From a virus (taxonomy: Duplodnaviria > Caudoviricetes), in IMG/VR virus record IMGVR_UViG_3300013121_000032, positions 1-64,000 of that record: a stretch of DNA of 64,000 nucleotides. One strand, given 5' to 3'. The notes beneath the pieces are model-generated. The model saw only the letters and a list, made by a program, of their open reading frames with translations, was not told where the DNA came from and ran no database searches. The position numbers and the translations under genes are program-made. Below are positions 1 through 7,210 of the stretch, in pieces; positions within the stretch are counted from its first letter, which is position 1, and each line of letters opens with the position of its first letter.

Positions 1-291
1 AAGGTCACCAGAATGCAAATGAAGTCTTATGGGCTGTCGGATCATAAACCGTTTTACATGGATTTCAGCAAAACCGATACCCCTACGCTCAATAATACCC
101 AATCCGGCTTGTGTTCCGTGTAGAAACTCTTCCAGCACAGTAGTGCAAGCAAAAGCCAATAAAAAAATATTATTGGAAACTAAGAAAAAAGGAATATGTA
201 CCTCATACAGAAAATCTAAAGATACAAATTCTAAAAATATAAAAGATATGAGTGCGCAGATTCTTGCAAAAAATAATCTAGTCTGGCTCAT
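1..291 (-). CDS. Hypothetical membrane protein, truncated by window start
   Basis: ATG at 291 overlaps the stop of 278..466; frame open to base 1 (MSQTRLFFARICALISFIFLEFVSL...), hydrophobic N-half; fits minus-strand gene packing better than the plus-strand ORF 29..298. Confidence 0.6.
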   Translation of the reverse strand, partial: MSQTRLFFARICALISFIFLEFVSLDFLYEVHIPFFLVSNNIFLLAFACTTVLEEFLHGTQAGLGIIERRGIGFAEIHVKRFMIRQPIRLHLHSGDL

Positions 292-466
292 TTCTTAATA
301 ACCTACACTGAAAGTCTTTAAAGTTTTCCATAGTCCAAAAAGTTAAATTAGTTAATGGCTGCCCAATAAACTTTTTAACTATTGGTGCAGAATCAATTAT
401 AATACCAGAATCATTTGTTGTCACTCCTATTGTAAAGGCATGGCAACTTATCCAATATTCTCTCAT
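278..466 (-). CDS. Small hypothetical phage protein
   Basis: ORF tightly packed with neighbours; APIVKKFIGQPLTNL segment. Confidence 0.65.
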   Translation of the reverse strand: MREYWISCHAFTIGVTTNDSGIIIDSAPIVKKFIGQPLTNLTFWTMENFKDFQCRLLRNEPD

Positions 467-762
467 TAAGGCCTCCAGAAGAAAGGTACATTTGCAATCG
501 GAGTGACGTTTGCTTCTCTTTCTCTTTTATAGTTCCACCACTGAATATACAATTCAATGTACTTATCAGTTTTCTGGCTTATATGGTATGGATAAAGATG
601 TTTAAAAGAATACATTGAAAAATCTGAGCAATCTCCCCTTTCTAATTTAATATATCCAAACTCAGGAAGATCCTTAAATGGAGGAATTCTAAAACATATA
701 TCCCAAATATCACTTAAAACATGAGAATATCTAGGTTTAACTTGGTGCCCATTAATATACAT
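466..762 (-). CDS. Hypothetical protein
   Basis: 98 aa ORF, 1-nt overlap with downstream gene. Confidence 0.6.
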   Translation of the reverse strand: MYINGHQVKPRYSHVLSDIWDICFRIPPFKDLPEFGYIKLERGDCSDFSMYSFKHLYPYHISQKTDKYIELYIQWWNYKREREANVTPIANVPFFWRP

Positions 763-764
763 TT

Positions 765-953
765 TTATCCACCATTTGTTTCATTTGGAAACTTAACTTC
801 ATTTGGAGGTTTACCAATTAATCCATGTAAAGGAGAATATATAACTATTAAACAATAACCATCTTTCTCATGTATAGCAAAAACTTTTCCACTTTGCCAA
901 TTAGTACTATGAGGGGTTTTAAATTTTACAGGATCATTAACTTGAAATCTCAT
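765..953 (-). CDS. Small KOW/SH3-like beta-barrel protein
   Basis: MRFQVNDPVKF...GKV pattern; paralog of 950..1183. Confidence 0.6.
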   Translation of the reverse strand: MRFQVNDPVKFKTPHSTNWQSGKVFAIHEKDGYCLIVIYSPLHGLIGKPPNEVKFPNETNGG

Positions 954-1183
954 ACTTGTTTAAAATTGGTATATGGTTGCTGTAATGATTCACTCGGAAA
1001 TCTAATATTCTTTAATGCAATATTGAAATTTTTACCTGTTTTATCTTGGACAACAACATAGGGAGCTTGTCCAGCATTTATACATTCCAATTGGATATCA
1101 ATAATAAACCCAAAATGGACTTTATCTCCATTATAAAATTTACATGGATCTTTTATCTTAAATCTGGATTTTATTTGCGCCAT
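950..1183 (-). CDS. Small KOW/SH3-like beta-barrel protein
   Basis: RFKIKDPCKF...GFI...IRFPSE; 4-nt overlap with paralog 765..953. Confidence 0.6.
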   Translation of the reverse strand: MAQIKSRFKIKDPCKFYNGDKVHFGFIIDIQLECINAGQAPYVVVQDKTGKNFNIALKNIRFPSESLQQPYTNFKQV

Positions 1184-1491
1184 GAAACATCAGTCCTTCT
1201 TTTAAGATAGTAGATGAGAGCAGCACGTATAACGTGAGGATTATGTACTTTATTTCTATGGACAATGGCTAAGTCACTTGCCTTTTCATAAATATCTCTA
1301 TAAAGAGTCCTTAAATGATAGTCTTTTGAAAGATGATCATTACTGGTCATCATATCTAGTGACATAGATAATGTCAATAGTCTATTAATACTTACACCAG
1401 TTTTATCTGCTAAAGTAACACCATCATTCAAAGGCGTTTCTCTTAATATACGCTCATTTAGTATTAGCATAAAAATTTTGCACGTATTCAA
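1171..1491 (-). CDS. Hypothetical protein, possible HTH
   Basis: TLADKTGVSINRL resembles a helix-turn-helix. Confidence 0.5.
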   Translation of the reverse strand: MNTCKIFMLILNERILRETPLNDGVTLADKTGVSINRLLTLSMSLDMMTSNDHLSKDYHLRTLYRDIYEKASDLAIVHRNKVHNPHVIRAALIYYLKRRTDVSWRK

Positions 1492-2128
1492 TAGATGGAG
1501 GATAGTACTTATCTTTATTAAAAACTTGGATAGTCTCTAATTCTGGATAAAGAAGAGCAGTAAGCTTTCCGCCAGGAAAGACGCAGCCAGTATCAATGTT
1601 ATACTCAGTAACACCATCAGCTAACATCTTTACTTGCACTTCTTTAACTGGTTTATTACCACGAACTACAATCATTCCATCTGCTGGAACATAAGAAGTT
1701 CCAGCACCAATTACTGTTAATCGACCAAACGTTAATCTATTTTTACAGTCCATTAAGAGATTGAGAAAATTATCATAAAGATTAACATGCTTCAAAAGCC
1801 TTCTAGTAGTTGAATAGTCATTTCTCCTACCATCAGAACCATCATTATGCTCATTGAGATACATTTGCTCAATTGGACCAATAACACTATAAAATCTTCC
1901 CTCATCCTGAAGCTTTCTTAGAATTTCAACAGTTTCTTTTATTTTAGGCCCTTTGTCTGAGAAATTCCCAGTAAAAACAATACACCTATCAGGTGAGATT
2001 TTTTCCAAAAGCTCTCTTAACTCATCTGCACAAAAATGAACATCGCCAATAATTGCAAACTTTGACATTTTTTTCTTACTCATAGAATCTGATGGAGTAA
2101 ATTTATAATACAACTTTGTATGAGACAT
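1454..2128 (-). CDS. PrpE/Pnkp-type metallophosphoesterase homolog with degenerate active site
   Basis: IGDVHFC, GNFSDKGP, GPIE (for GDxHGC, GDxxDRGP, GNHE) and C-terminal IDTGCVFPGGKLTALLYP. Confidence 0.75.
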   Translation of the reverse strand: MSHTKLYYKFTPSDSMSKKKMSKFAIIGDVHFCADELRELLEKISPDRCIVFTGNFSDKGPKIKETVEILRKLQDEGRFYSVIGPIEQMYLNEHNDGSDGRRNDYSTTRRLLKHVNLYDNFLNLLMDCKNRLTFGRLTVIGAGTSYVPADGMIVVRGNKPVKEVQVKMLADGVTEYNIDTGCVFPGGKLTALLYPELETIQVFNKDKYYPPSIEYVQNFYANTK

Positions 2129-2479
2129 TTAGAACAAACCAGAAGTTAGTGAATGGATTTTCCATAAAGCAGCAATAATAGGATGCTTCTTACTGAACGG
2201 TCTGGTATCCTTAATAAACTTAAATTTAGTCGGAATGGTTACTAATGTACCATCTTCTAACTTATAAGTAAAGAGTTTTTGTTTAGCTTTAAGAACTCTT
2301 ATAATGCCAAGCTTTGTTTCATAATAATATGGAACTTCCATAGTATTAGAATCTACTAGTTCAGATACAACTTGAACTGGAGTAGCTTTAAGTTGAGATT
2401 GAATTTCTTCAAAAGAGGAAGCATTAGCAGATTGACAAACCAAACTACTTATTAACAGAGCATATATAAATTTTTTCAT
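2129..2479 (-). CDS. Exported protein with signal peptide
   Basis: MKKFIYALLISSLVCQSANA, Sec-like signal with AxA cleavage site. Confidence 0.65.
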   Translation of the reverse strand: MKKFIYALLISSLVCQSANASSFEEIQSQLKATPVQVVSELVDSNTMEVPYYYETKLGIIRVLKAKQKLFTYKLEDGTLVTIPTKFKFIKDTRPFSKKHPIIAALWKIHSLTSGLF

Positions 2480-3252
2480 TCTTTATTTAACCTTAAAAGT
2501 TTGGGTACTGTATCAAGCCAGCTTTGATTTAAATAATCAAAACCTGGAGAAACTTCTTCCTTCTCATATTCTATGACTCTAGGATGATGAGTAAGTGTAT
2601 TTTTTGGATTAGTTAAAGAGACATTACAAAACCTAATTCCGTTTTCTTTAATTGTCCATTTTTCACCTTCTTCTGGACCTATATGTCCAAAAATATGGAT
2701 TTTAGGGGGATGCTTTAGTTCTTTTACTCCCTCTTTAATGGCATAAAAGCCCTCATGAGCATAGTAATAAGTTGTATTATGTTGTTTACCTCCCATATAA
2801 TATGTTTCACAAGATCTTCTAACAGAATCTAAAATAAAGTATGGATTATGGTGAGTAATTAAAACATCTAGCTTTTCAGGAAATTTAAACTTATCATGAT
2901 CAGTTCCTAAACAAGTAAATGCTCCTTTAGCAGTTATTGGACCCCAAGGACAACCATAAAAGACGACACCATTAAGCTCAATAGAACGATCTAAAAGCAC
3001 AGTAGCATTAAATAAAGATAATGTTTCTACACTACGCTTAAGTTCTTTATAGATTAAATAGTCCCAATTTCCAGGAACATAAAGAACGTGTTTAAATTTA
3101 CCTTCATTACTTTGAAGCCATGTACAAAAGGTATTAAAATCGGCAATTGGAGATTCACCATTACAGATATTACCAGCATGAACTAGAACATCACATTCTG
3201 GAATTTCTTCTTTATATAATCCATGGGAATTAGCTAGTGCAACTATTTTCAT
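2476..3252 (-). CDS. Calcineurin-like (MPPED-type) metallophosphoesterase homolog with degenerate active site
   Basis: ANSHG, HAGN, PGNWD, THH, FGHIG occupy the DxHG/GD/GNHD/H/GHxH positions. Confidence 0.75.
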   Translation of the reverse strand: MKIVALANSHGLYKEEIPECDVLVHAGNICNGESPIADFNTFCTWLQSNEGKFKHVLYVPGNWDYLIYKELKRSVETLSLFNATVLLDRSIELNGVVFYGCPWGPITAKGAFTCLGTDHDKFKFPEKLDVLITHHNPYFILDSVRRSCETYYMGGKQHNTTYYYAHEGFYAIKEGVKELKHPPKIHIFGHIGPEEGEKWTIKENGIRFCNVSLTNPKNTLTHHPRVIEYEKEEVSPGFDYLNQSWLDTVPKLLRLNKE

Positions 3253-3929
3253 TGGTTTTCCATTAATGCTTTAAGAGATACAGGACAGATAGGCTCAACT
3301 AGTTTTTGAAGTGTTTTTGCATACTCCTGAATCTCCCATTGTGCTCCTTCGTGATTTCTTAAGTGTATAAAATTAGCTACTGCTTGTAAAGAGGCTGTCC
3401 AATAATATTCTGTATAAAAACAAAGGGGGAGGACTGCTCTTGCTTGCTCTCTTGCTACTCCAGCATCTATAAGAAACTTATAAGAACTTTTTGCTTCTGT
3501 AATACTGCTTAAATAGGCCTTTCTAAGAGGATCATCACGTTCAAAGGCTCCATCAGAAGCTTGTTTATTGTTTTTAGACTGTTTTCTGAAGACTTCTGGC
3601 ACATAAAACTCAACTTCTCCAAGATCTACATATCTTCCAGAGATTTCATTCCAAGCATGATCTTTTTCAGAGTAATTAGCACCAATACAGTGTTTATACC
3701 ACTGCCTTGCAACAAATTCTGGTACTTTACAATGAAATTGGAAGGAAACATGCCTAAATGGGCTAAAATGTGCATGTTTTGCCAAATAATTGATTAAATT
3801 TGCATCTTTGATGTCAAAATTGTCTTTTCTTTTACCAAAACTGACACGAGCACTGTTAACAACAGTCAAATCATTGCCTAAATGATCAATTAGATGTACA
3901 AAACCATGGTCAAGTACTTTATTTTTCAT
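3249..3929 (-). CDS. thyX: FAD-dependent thymidylate synthase
   Basis: VNSARVSF, HFSPFRH, VARQWYKH, WNEISGRY, REQARAVLP, LRNHEGAQWEI motifs. Confidence 0.95.
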   Translation of the reverse strand: MKNKVLDHGFVHLIDHLGNDLTVVNSARVSFGKRKDNFDIKDANLINYLAKHAHFSPFRHVSFQFHCKVPEFVARQWYKHCIGANYSEKDHAWNEISGRYVDLGEVEFYVPEVFRKQSKNNKQASDGAFERDDPLRKAYLSSITEAKSSYKFLIDAGVAREQARAVLPLCFYTEYYWTASLQAVANFIHLRNHEGAQWEIQEYAKTLQKLVEPICPVSLKALMENQ

Positions 3930-4251
3930 TAGATGGCTTATTATAGAGATCTTCTAAAGCTTGAAACTTATTTTGTTTGAATTCATGGAGAGCAAAATTA
4001 AGCTCAGTAAAGGCTTGGATGAGAATTCCATTAATCCTTTCACGGCTTAAATTTGTATCCCAAGCATCCCAAACCTTAGCTTCTACAACCACTGTAGGAA
4101 CTTTTTGAAGCCTAGTTCTTGTACCATGCAAAGCACTCAAGTAATTAACAAGAGAAGAGGCTTGTGGAGAGGCAGGAGGGTCCATATATCTTACTACAAT
4201 ACGTGCTGGACGGTCCTTAAAAACACCTGTCCATAAAAGTTGATCTTCCAT
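3919..4251 (-). CDS. Hypothetical protein
   Basis: 110 aa ORF preceded by AAAGGAG Shine-Dalgarno. Confidence 0.65.
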   Translation of the reverse strand: MEDQLLWTGVFKDRPARIVVRYMDPPASPQASSLVNYLSALHGTRTRLQKVPTVVVEAKVWDAWDTNLSRERINGILIQAFTELNFALHEFKQNKFQALEDLYNKPSNEK

Positions 4252-4252
4252 T

Positions 4253-4342
4253 TCAAACCACTCCTTTTAAAATAACCTTTCTTACTATAATAGAAATTAC
4301 TACATCCAGAAGAATATTTAATACAAACTTTAGAAATATCAT
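4253..4342 (-). CDS. 29-aa hydrophobic micropeptide (not in ORF track)
   Basis: MIFLKFVLNILLDVVISIIVRKVILKGVV*; ATGA overlap with 4339..4539; exactly fills the gap. Confidence 0.5.
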   Translation of the reverse strand: MIFLKFVLNILLDVVISIIVRKVILKGVV

Positions 4343-4539
4343 AATCGTTTACATGCTCCAGTAACCAATAAAAGAACAAAAGCAAGAAGAATAATTAAGC
4401 CAATCTCCAAACTAAAAATATGGATAATTTCTTGCTTAATAGAGTGAAAAGCATTATCTAGCCCTTGTTGGAATTGCATTGCTTGCCCAATTTCATACTG
4501 ACTATCCCATTGTGACATTATAGACATGGCCTCCAACAA
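4339..4539 (-). CDS. Small membrane protein
   Basis: C-terminal TM helix IGLIILLAFVLLLV; true start may be a downstream Met. Confidence 0.55.
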   Translation of the reverse strand: MLEAMSIMSQWDSQYEIGQAMQFQQGLDNAFHSIKQEIIHIFSLEIGLIILLAFVLLLVTGACKRL

Positions 4540-4732
4540 TAGTTAGATTAAATCTATTAGGATTACAATCGCTTGTAACTATCATAGATCTACCTTCTTC
4601 ACAGATAATACGGAAACGAGCATTTTTAGCCTTCAATCGAGCAATAGCTGCTTCTTTAGAAAGACCAACTAAATCTTGCCCTTCATTTGATCTAAGCTTA
4701 TTGACGCCCTTTGCAAAAATATCCATTACCAA
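4502..4732 (-). CDS. Peptidase inhibitor I78 / potato-inhibitor-I-like protein
   Basis: LVGLSKEAA...RII...MIVTSDCNPNRFNLTIVGGHVYNVTMG matches the T-x-D...R-x-N...G C-terminal signature. Confidence 0.75.
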   Translation of the reverse strand: MVMDIFAKGVNKLRSNEGQDLVGLSKEAAIARLKAKNARFRIICEEGRSMIVTSDCNPNRFNLTIVGGHVYNVTMG

Positions 4733-5934
4733 TACCTATCCTTCCATGATTTTTCATACCATGTAACTAGATTACCAAGTTCCTTATAAAAGTCAATCTT
4801 AGGTGTCCATTTAAACTCTTCCCTTAATTTTTGTGAAGAGACAAAATATCTAAAATCATGAGCTACCCTATCTCCAATTTTAGAAGAGATAAGGGAGAAA
4901 TCCCCGTCCATAATAGTAAAAATACTATTAACTACATCTAAGTTTTGGATTTCATTATCTGCTGATATATTCCAAATTCCACCAACAGTTTGGGCAGGAT
5001 TTTCTAAAAGTATTAAAAGTGCTCTACAATGATCCTCTACGTGAAGCCAATCTCTAAATTGTAAACCTCCACCATAAAGAGGAAATTGTTTATTTTCTAA
5101 AATTGAAAATATAGTTTTAGGAATAAACTTTTCAGGATGTTGTCTAAATCCAAAATTATTTGTACAGCGGGAAATAATAGTAGGAAGACCATATGTCTTA
5201 CAATAGGACTGAACTAAAAGGTCTGCTGCTGCTTTAGAGGCAGCATATGGAGAGGAAGGATTTAGAGGATTCCCTTCCTTTTTTGGATGCTTATCTATTG
5301 CAGCAGAAGCTCCATAAACCTCATCTGTACTTACTTGTAAAAAAGCATCTACCTTTGTAGCAGCATTTAATAGTGTTAATGTTCCCATAACATTAACAGA
5401 CATAAAATCCTCAGGATCAGAAATTGATCTATCTACATGAGAATGGGCAGCAAAATTAACAACTAAATCAATATGTCCATATCTACTATCTTTTGAGAAA
5501 AGATGATTAACAAGCTCTTTATTTCTAATATCACCCCTTACAAATTGAAAAGCCGGATTGGATGTTGGCATATTTTTAATATTAGAGCCAATTGATAAGT
5601 TATCTAGACCAATAACTCTATACCTTCTTGTGGAAAGGAGAAGATCAACAAAATGGCTACCAATAAATCCAGCAGCACCAGTAACTAAAACAAGTTTAAT
5701 CCTATCTTGTTCCATAGATTCAAAACAAGACTCATGAAAAGGCAAACCATTGCTAAATTTATATTTTTGTACTTTAGAACCCCGATCATTTAGAATAGGC
5801 TCAATTTCTTTAAAACATTGAGCACACCGCATAGTTCTTGGATATGTTAATGGTTCTGGAATAGGCATTTTCGGTAAAAGAGTTATAGGATCTTCTTCCA
5901 TATCCTCATTTCTATATGGATATCGCCTAAACAT
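4726..5934 (-). CDS. rmlB: dTDP-glucose 4,6-dehydratase (RmlB/RfbB family) with N-terminal CxxC...HxxC extension
   Basis: VTGAAGFIGSH, FAAHSHVDRSI, STDEVYG, PYAASK, RCTNNFG, EKFIP, RDWLHVEDHC, HDFRY; start uncertain (5934 or 5901 avoid deep overlap). Confidence 0.92.
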   Translation of the reverse strand: MFRRYPYRNEDMEEDPITLLPKMPIPEPLTYPRTMRCAQCFKEIEPILNDRGSKVQKYKFSNGLPFHESCFESMEQDRIKLVLVTGAAGFIGSHFVDLLLSTRRYRVIGLDNLSIGSNIKNMPTSNPAFQFVRGDIRNKELVNHLFSKDSRYGHIDLVVNFAAHSHVDRSISDPEDFMSVNVMGTLTLLNAATKVDAFLQVSTDEVYGASAAIDKHPKKEGNPLNPSSPYAASKAAADLLVQSYCKTYGLPTIISRCTNNFGFRQHPEKFIPKTIFSILENKQFPLYGGGLQFRDWLHVEDHCRALLILLENPAQTVGGIWNISADNEIQNLDVVNSIFTIMDGDFSLISSKIGDRVAHDFRYFVSSQKLREEFKWTPKIDFYKELGNLVTWYEKSWKDRYW

Positions 5935-6241
5935 AGATATGAGTATCAAACATAGGCTTAAAGCGGAAAGTGTATAAACGCATTCCATTGTACATCGAAT
6001 AGCCCCTATACTCCGCATTAAAAATTCTTTGAATTTTAACACCATTTTTAGATGGAGCATAGGTTAACCTTAATGAGTATTGCTCTCCAACAATATAGTC
6101 ATTCAATTTCTTCTTAAGAAGAAATTGAAGAATTTTATGGTTATTTAAATCTAAACCCGGAGCATAGATATCTGCCATAGCTGGAAAACCAATAATCTCA
6201 AAATTTCCCTCTAAGGTATCAAGTTCAATCTTTTCAATCAT
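5927..6241 (-). CDS. Hypothetical protein
   Basis: 104 aa ORF with GAGG upstream. Confidence 0.6.
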   Translation of the reverse strand: MIEKIELDTLEGNFEIIGFPAMADIYAPGLDLNNHKILQFLLKKKLNDYIVGEQYSLRLTYAPSKNGVKIQRIFNAEYRGYSMYNGMRLYTFRFKPMFDTHIYV

Positions 6242-6276
6242 CTTATAAGGCCTCTGCTGGAACGCATAGCTCTATT

Positions 6277-6304
6277 AAAACAAAAACTTCCCAAGAAGGG
6301 AAGT
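6277..6304 (-). terminator. Rho-independent terminator ending the tail transcript
   Basis: ACTTCCC-TTCTT-GGGAAGT followed by TTTTGTTTT on the minus strand. Confidence 0.75.
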
Positions 6305-6332
6305 AAATGTTTCTAAATTGTAATTAATTTAA

Positions 6333-6557
6333 CTACGGCTGGGCTTGAATTAGATAGTTTACTGTAGCTGTAGTAATAGTTGCATTAGATGAAGCATTAA
6401 CTGCCGTTTGGATGGATTGCAAAGTAATAATCATAGCATCCAAGGTAGCCTTTGCATTAGCCTGCTCACCATTACCAGCCTGCTCAATAAAAATACCCAA
6501 CTGTCTATGCATATCCCGAGCTACATGACGAAGACCTGTTGCTGCTGTTGCTACCAT
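6333..6557 (-). CDS. Small Ala/Thr-rich protein, probably virion-associated
   Basis: Last gene of tail module; GATAAAAT box upstream. Confidence 0.6.
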   Translation of the reverse strand: MVATAATGLRHVARDMHRQLGIFIEQAGNGEQANAKATLDAMIITLQSIQTAVNASSNATITTATVNYLIQAQP

Positions 6558-6887
6558 TTATTTTGTACCTTCAGAGGGAGTATCTTCTAATATTTTATCG
6601 GCTGGCTTTAAAGGAAGAAAGTTTGGTGGAGGAGGGGGTAATGGTTGTGGACCTTTTCTACTTTTATCTGGTTTCCAATCAGTTCCACATCCCCCTCCAG
6701 GGCATTTAGCAGGATACCTATCCTTATTATTTGGATGGACATATTCTACTAATCTAGCAGTATTGGCTTTATGAAGAGATAAGATTAAATCAGTTTTATT
6801 TACAGTAAAGCTTGCTCCTGATTCAAGTTCTATAGTGAGAGAATTATCAGCATGGAGGATAGATTGAATAATTTTTTCTGCTGTCAT
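6558..6887 (-). CDS. Hypothetical protein (CPGGGC motif, Pro-rich tail)
   Basis: ORF packed in tail operon. Confidence 0.6.
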   Translation of the reverse strand: MTAEKIIQSILHADNSLTIELESGASFTVNKTDLILSLHKANTARLVEYVHPNNKDRYPAKCPGGGCGTDWKPDKSRKGPQPLPPPPPNFLPLKPADKILEDTPSEGTK

Positions 6888-7210
6888 ATGAGATTAGGAT
6901 CTCCTTCATCTGTTCTGGTTTTAATTAAAAAATCCCAATATTGAGGAAATTGTTCTTTTAAAGGGTTATTAGGTAAATCTCTTGCAAAGCCTTTATTAAC
7001 TAAACCATTAATAGTAATTGCTTCCTCAATAGTAATAACATTTAATCTGACTGCTAAATCAACTACAGGAGTTAAACTTATATCAAATGTTACATATGAG
7101 TTTTGAAAAAGCTTGGCAGCGTTGGCAGAAGATAGATACATAATAGTTCCATCTGTTAACACAATTTTAAATACTCTATATTTATCGTTAAACTCGACGT
7201 TTTCTATCAT
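6884..7210 (-). CDS. Hypothetical protein
   Basis: 4-nt overlaps on both sides. Confidence 0.6.
   Translation of the reverse strand: MIENVEFNDKYRVFKIVLTDGTIMYLSSANAAKLFQNSYVTFDISLTPVVDLAVRLNVITIEEAITINGLVNKGFARDLPNNPLKEQFPQYWDFLIKTRTDEGDPNLI

Noticed and set aside
29-298. Plus-strand 89-aa ORF
   Set aside because: Antisense shadow of the minus-strand ORF 1..291 that fits the operon
4194-4385. 63-aa minus-strand ORF
   Set aside because: Overlaps both neighbours heavily; the coupled 4253..4342 frame explains the gap better
5935-6060. Apparent N-terminal TM helix on RmlB
   Set aside because: Lies inside upstream gene 5927..6241; probably an artefact of longest-ORF start choice
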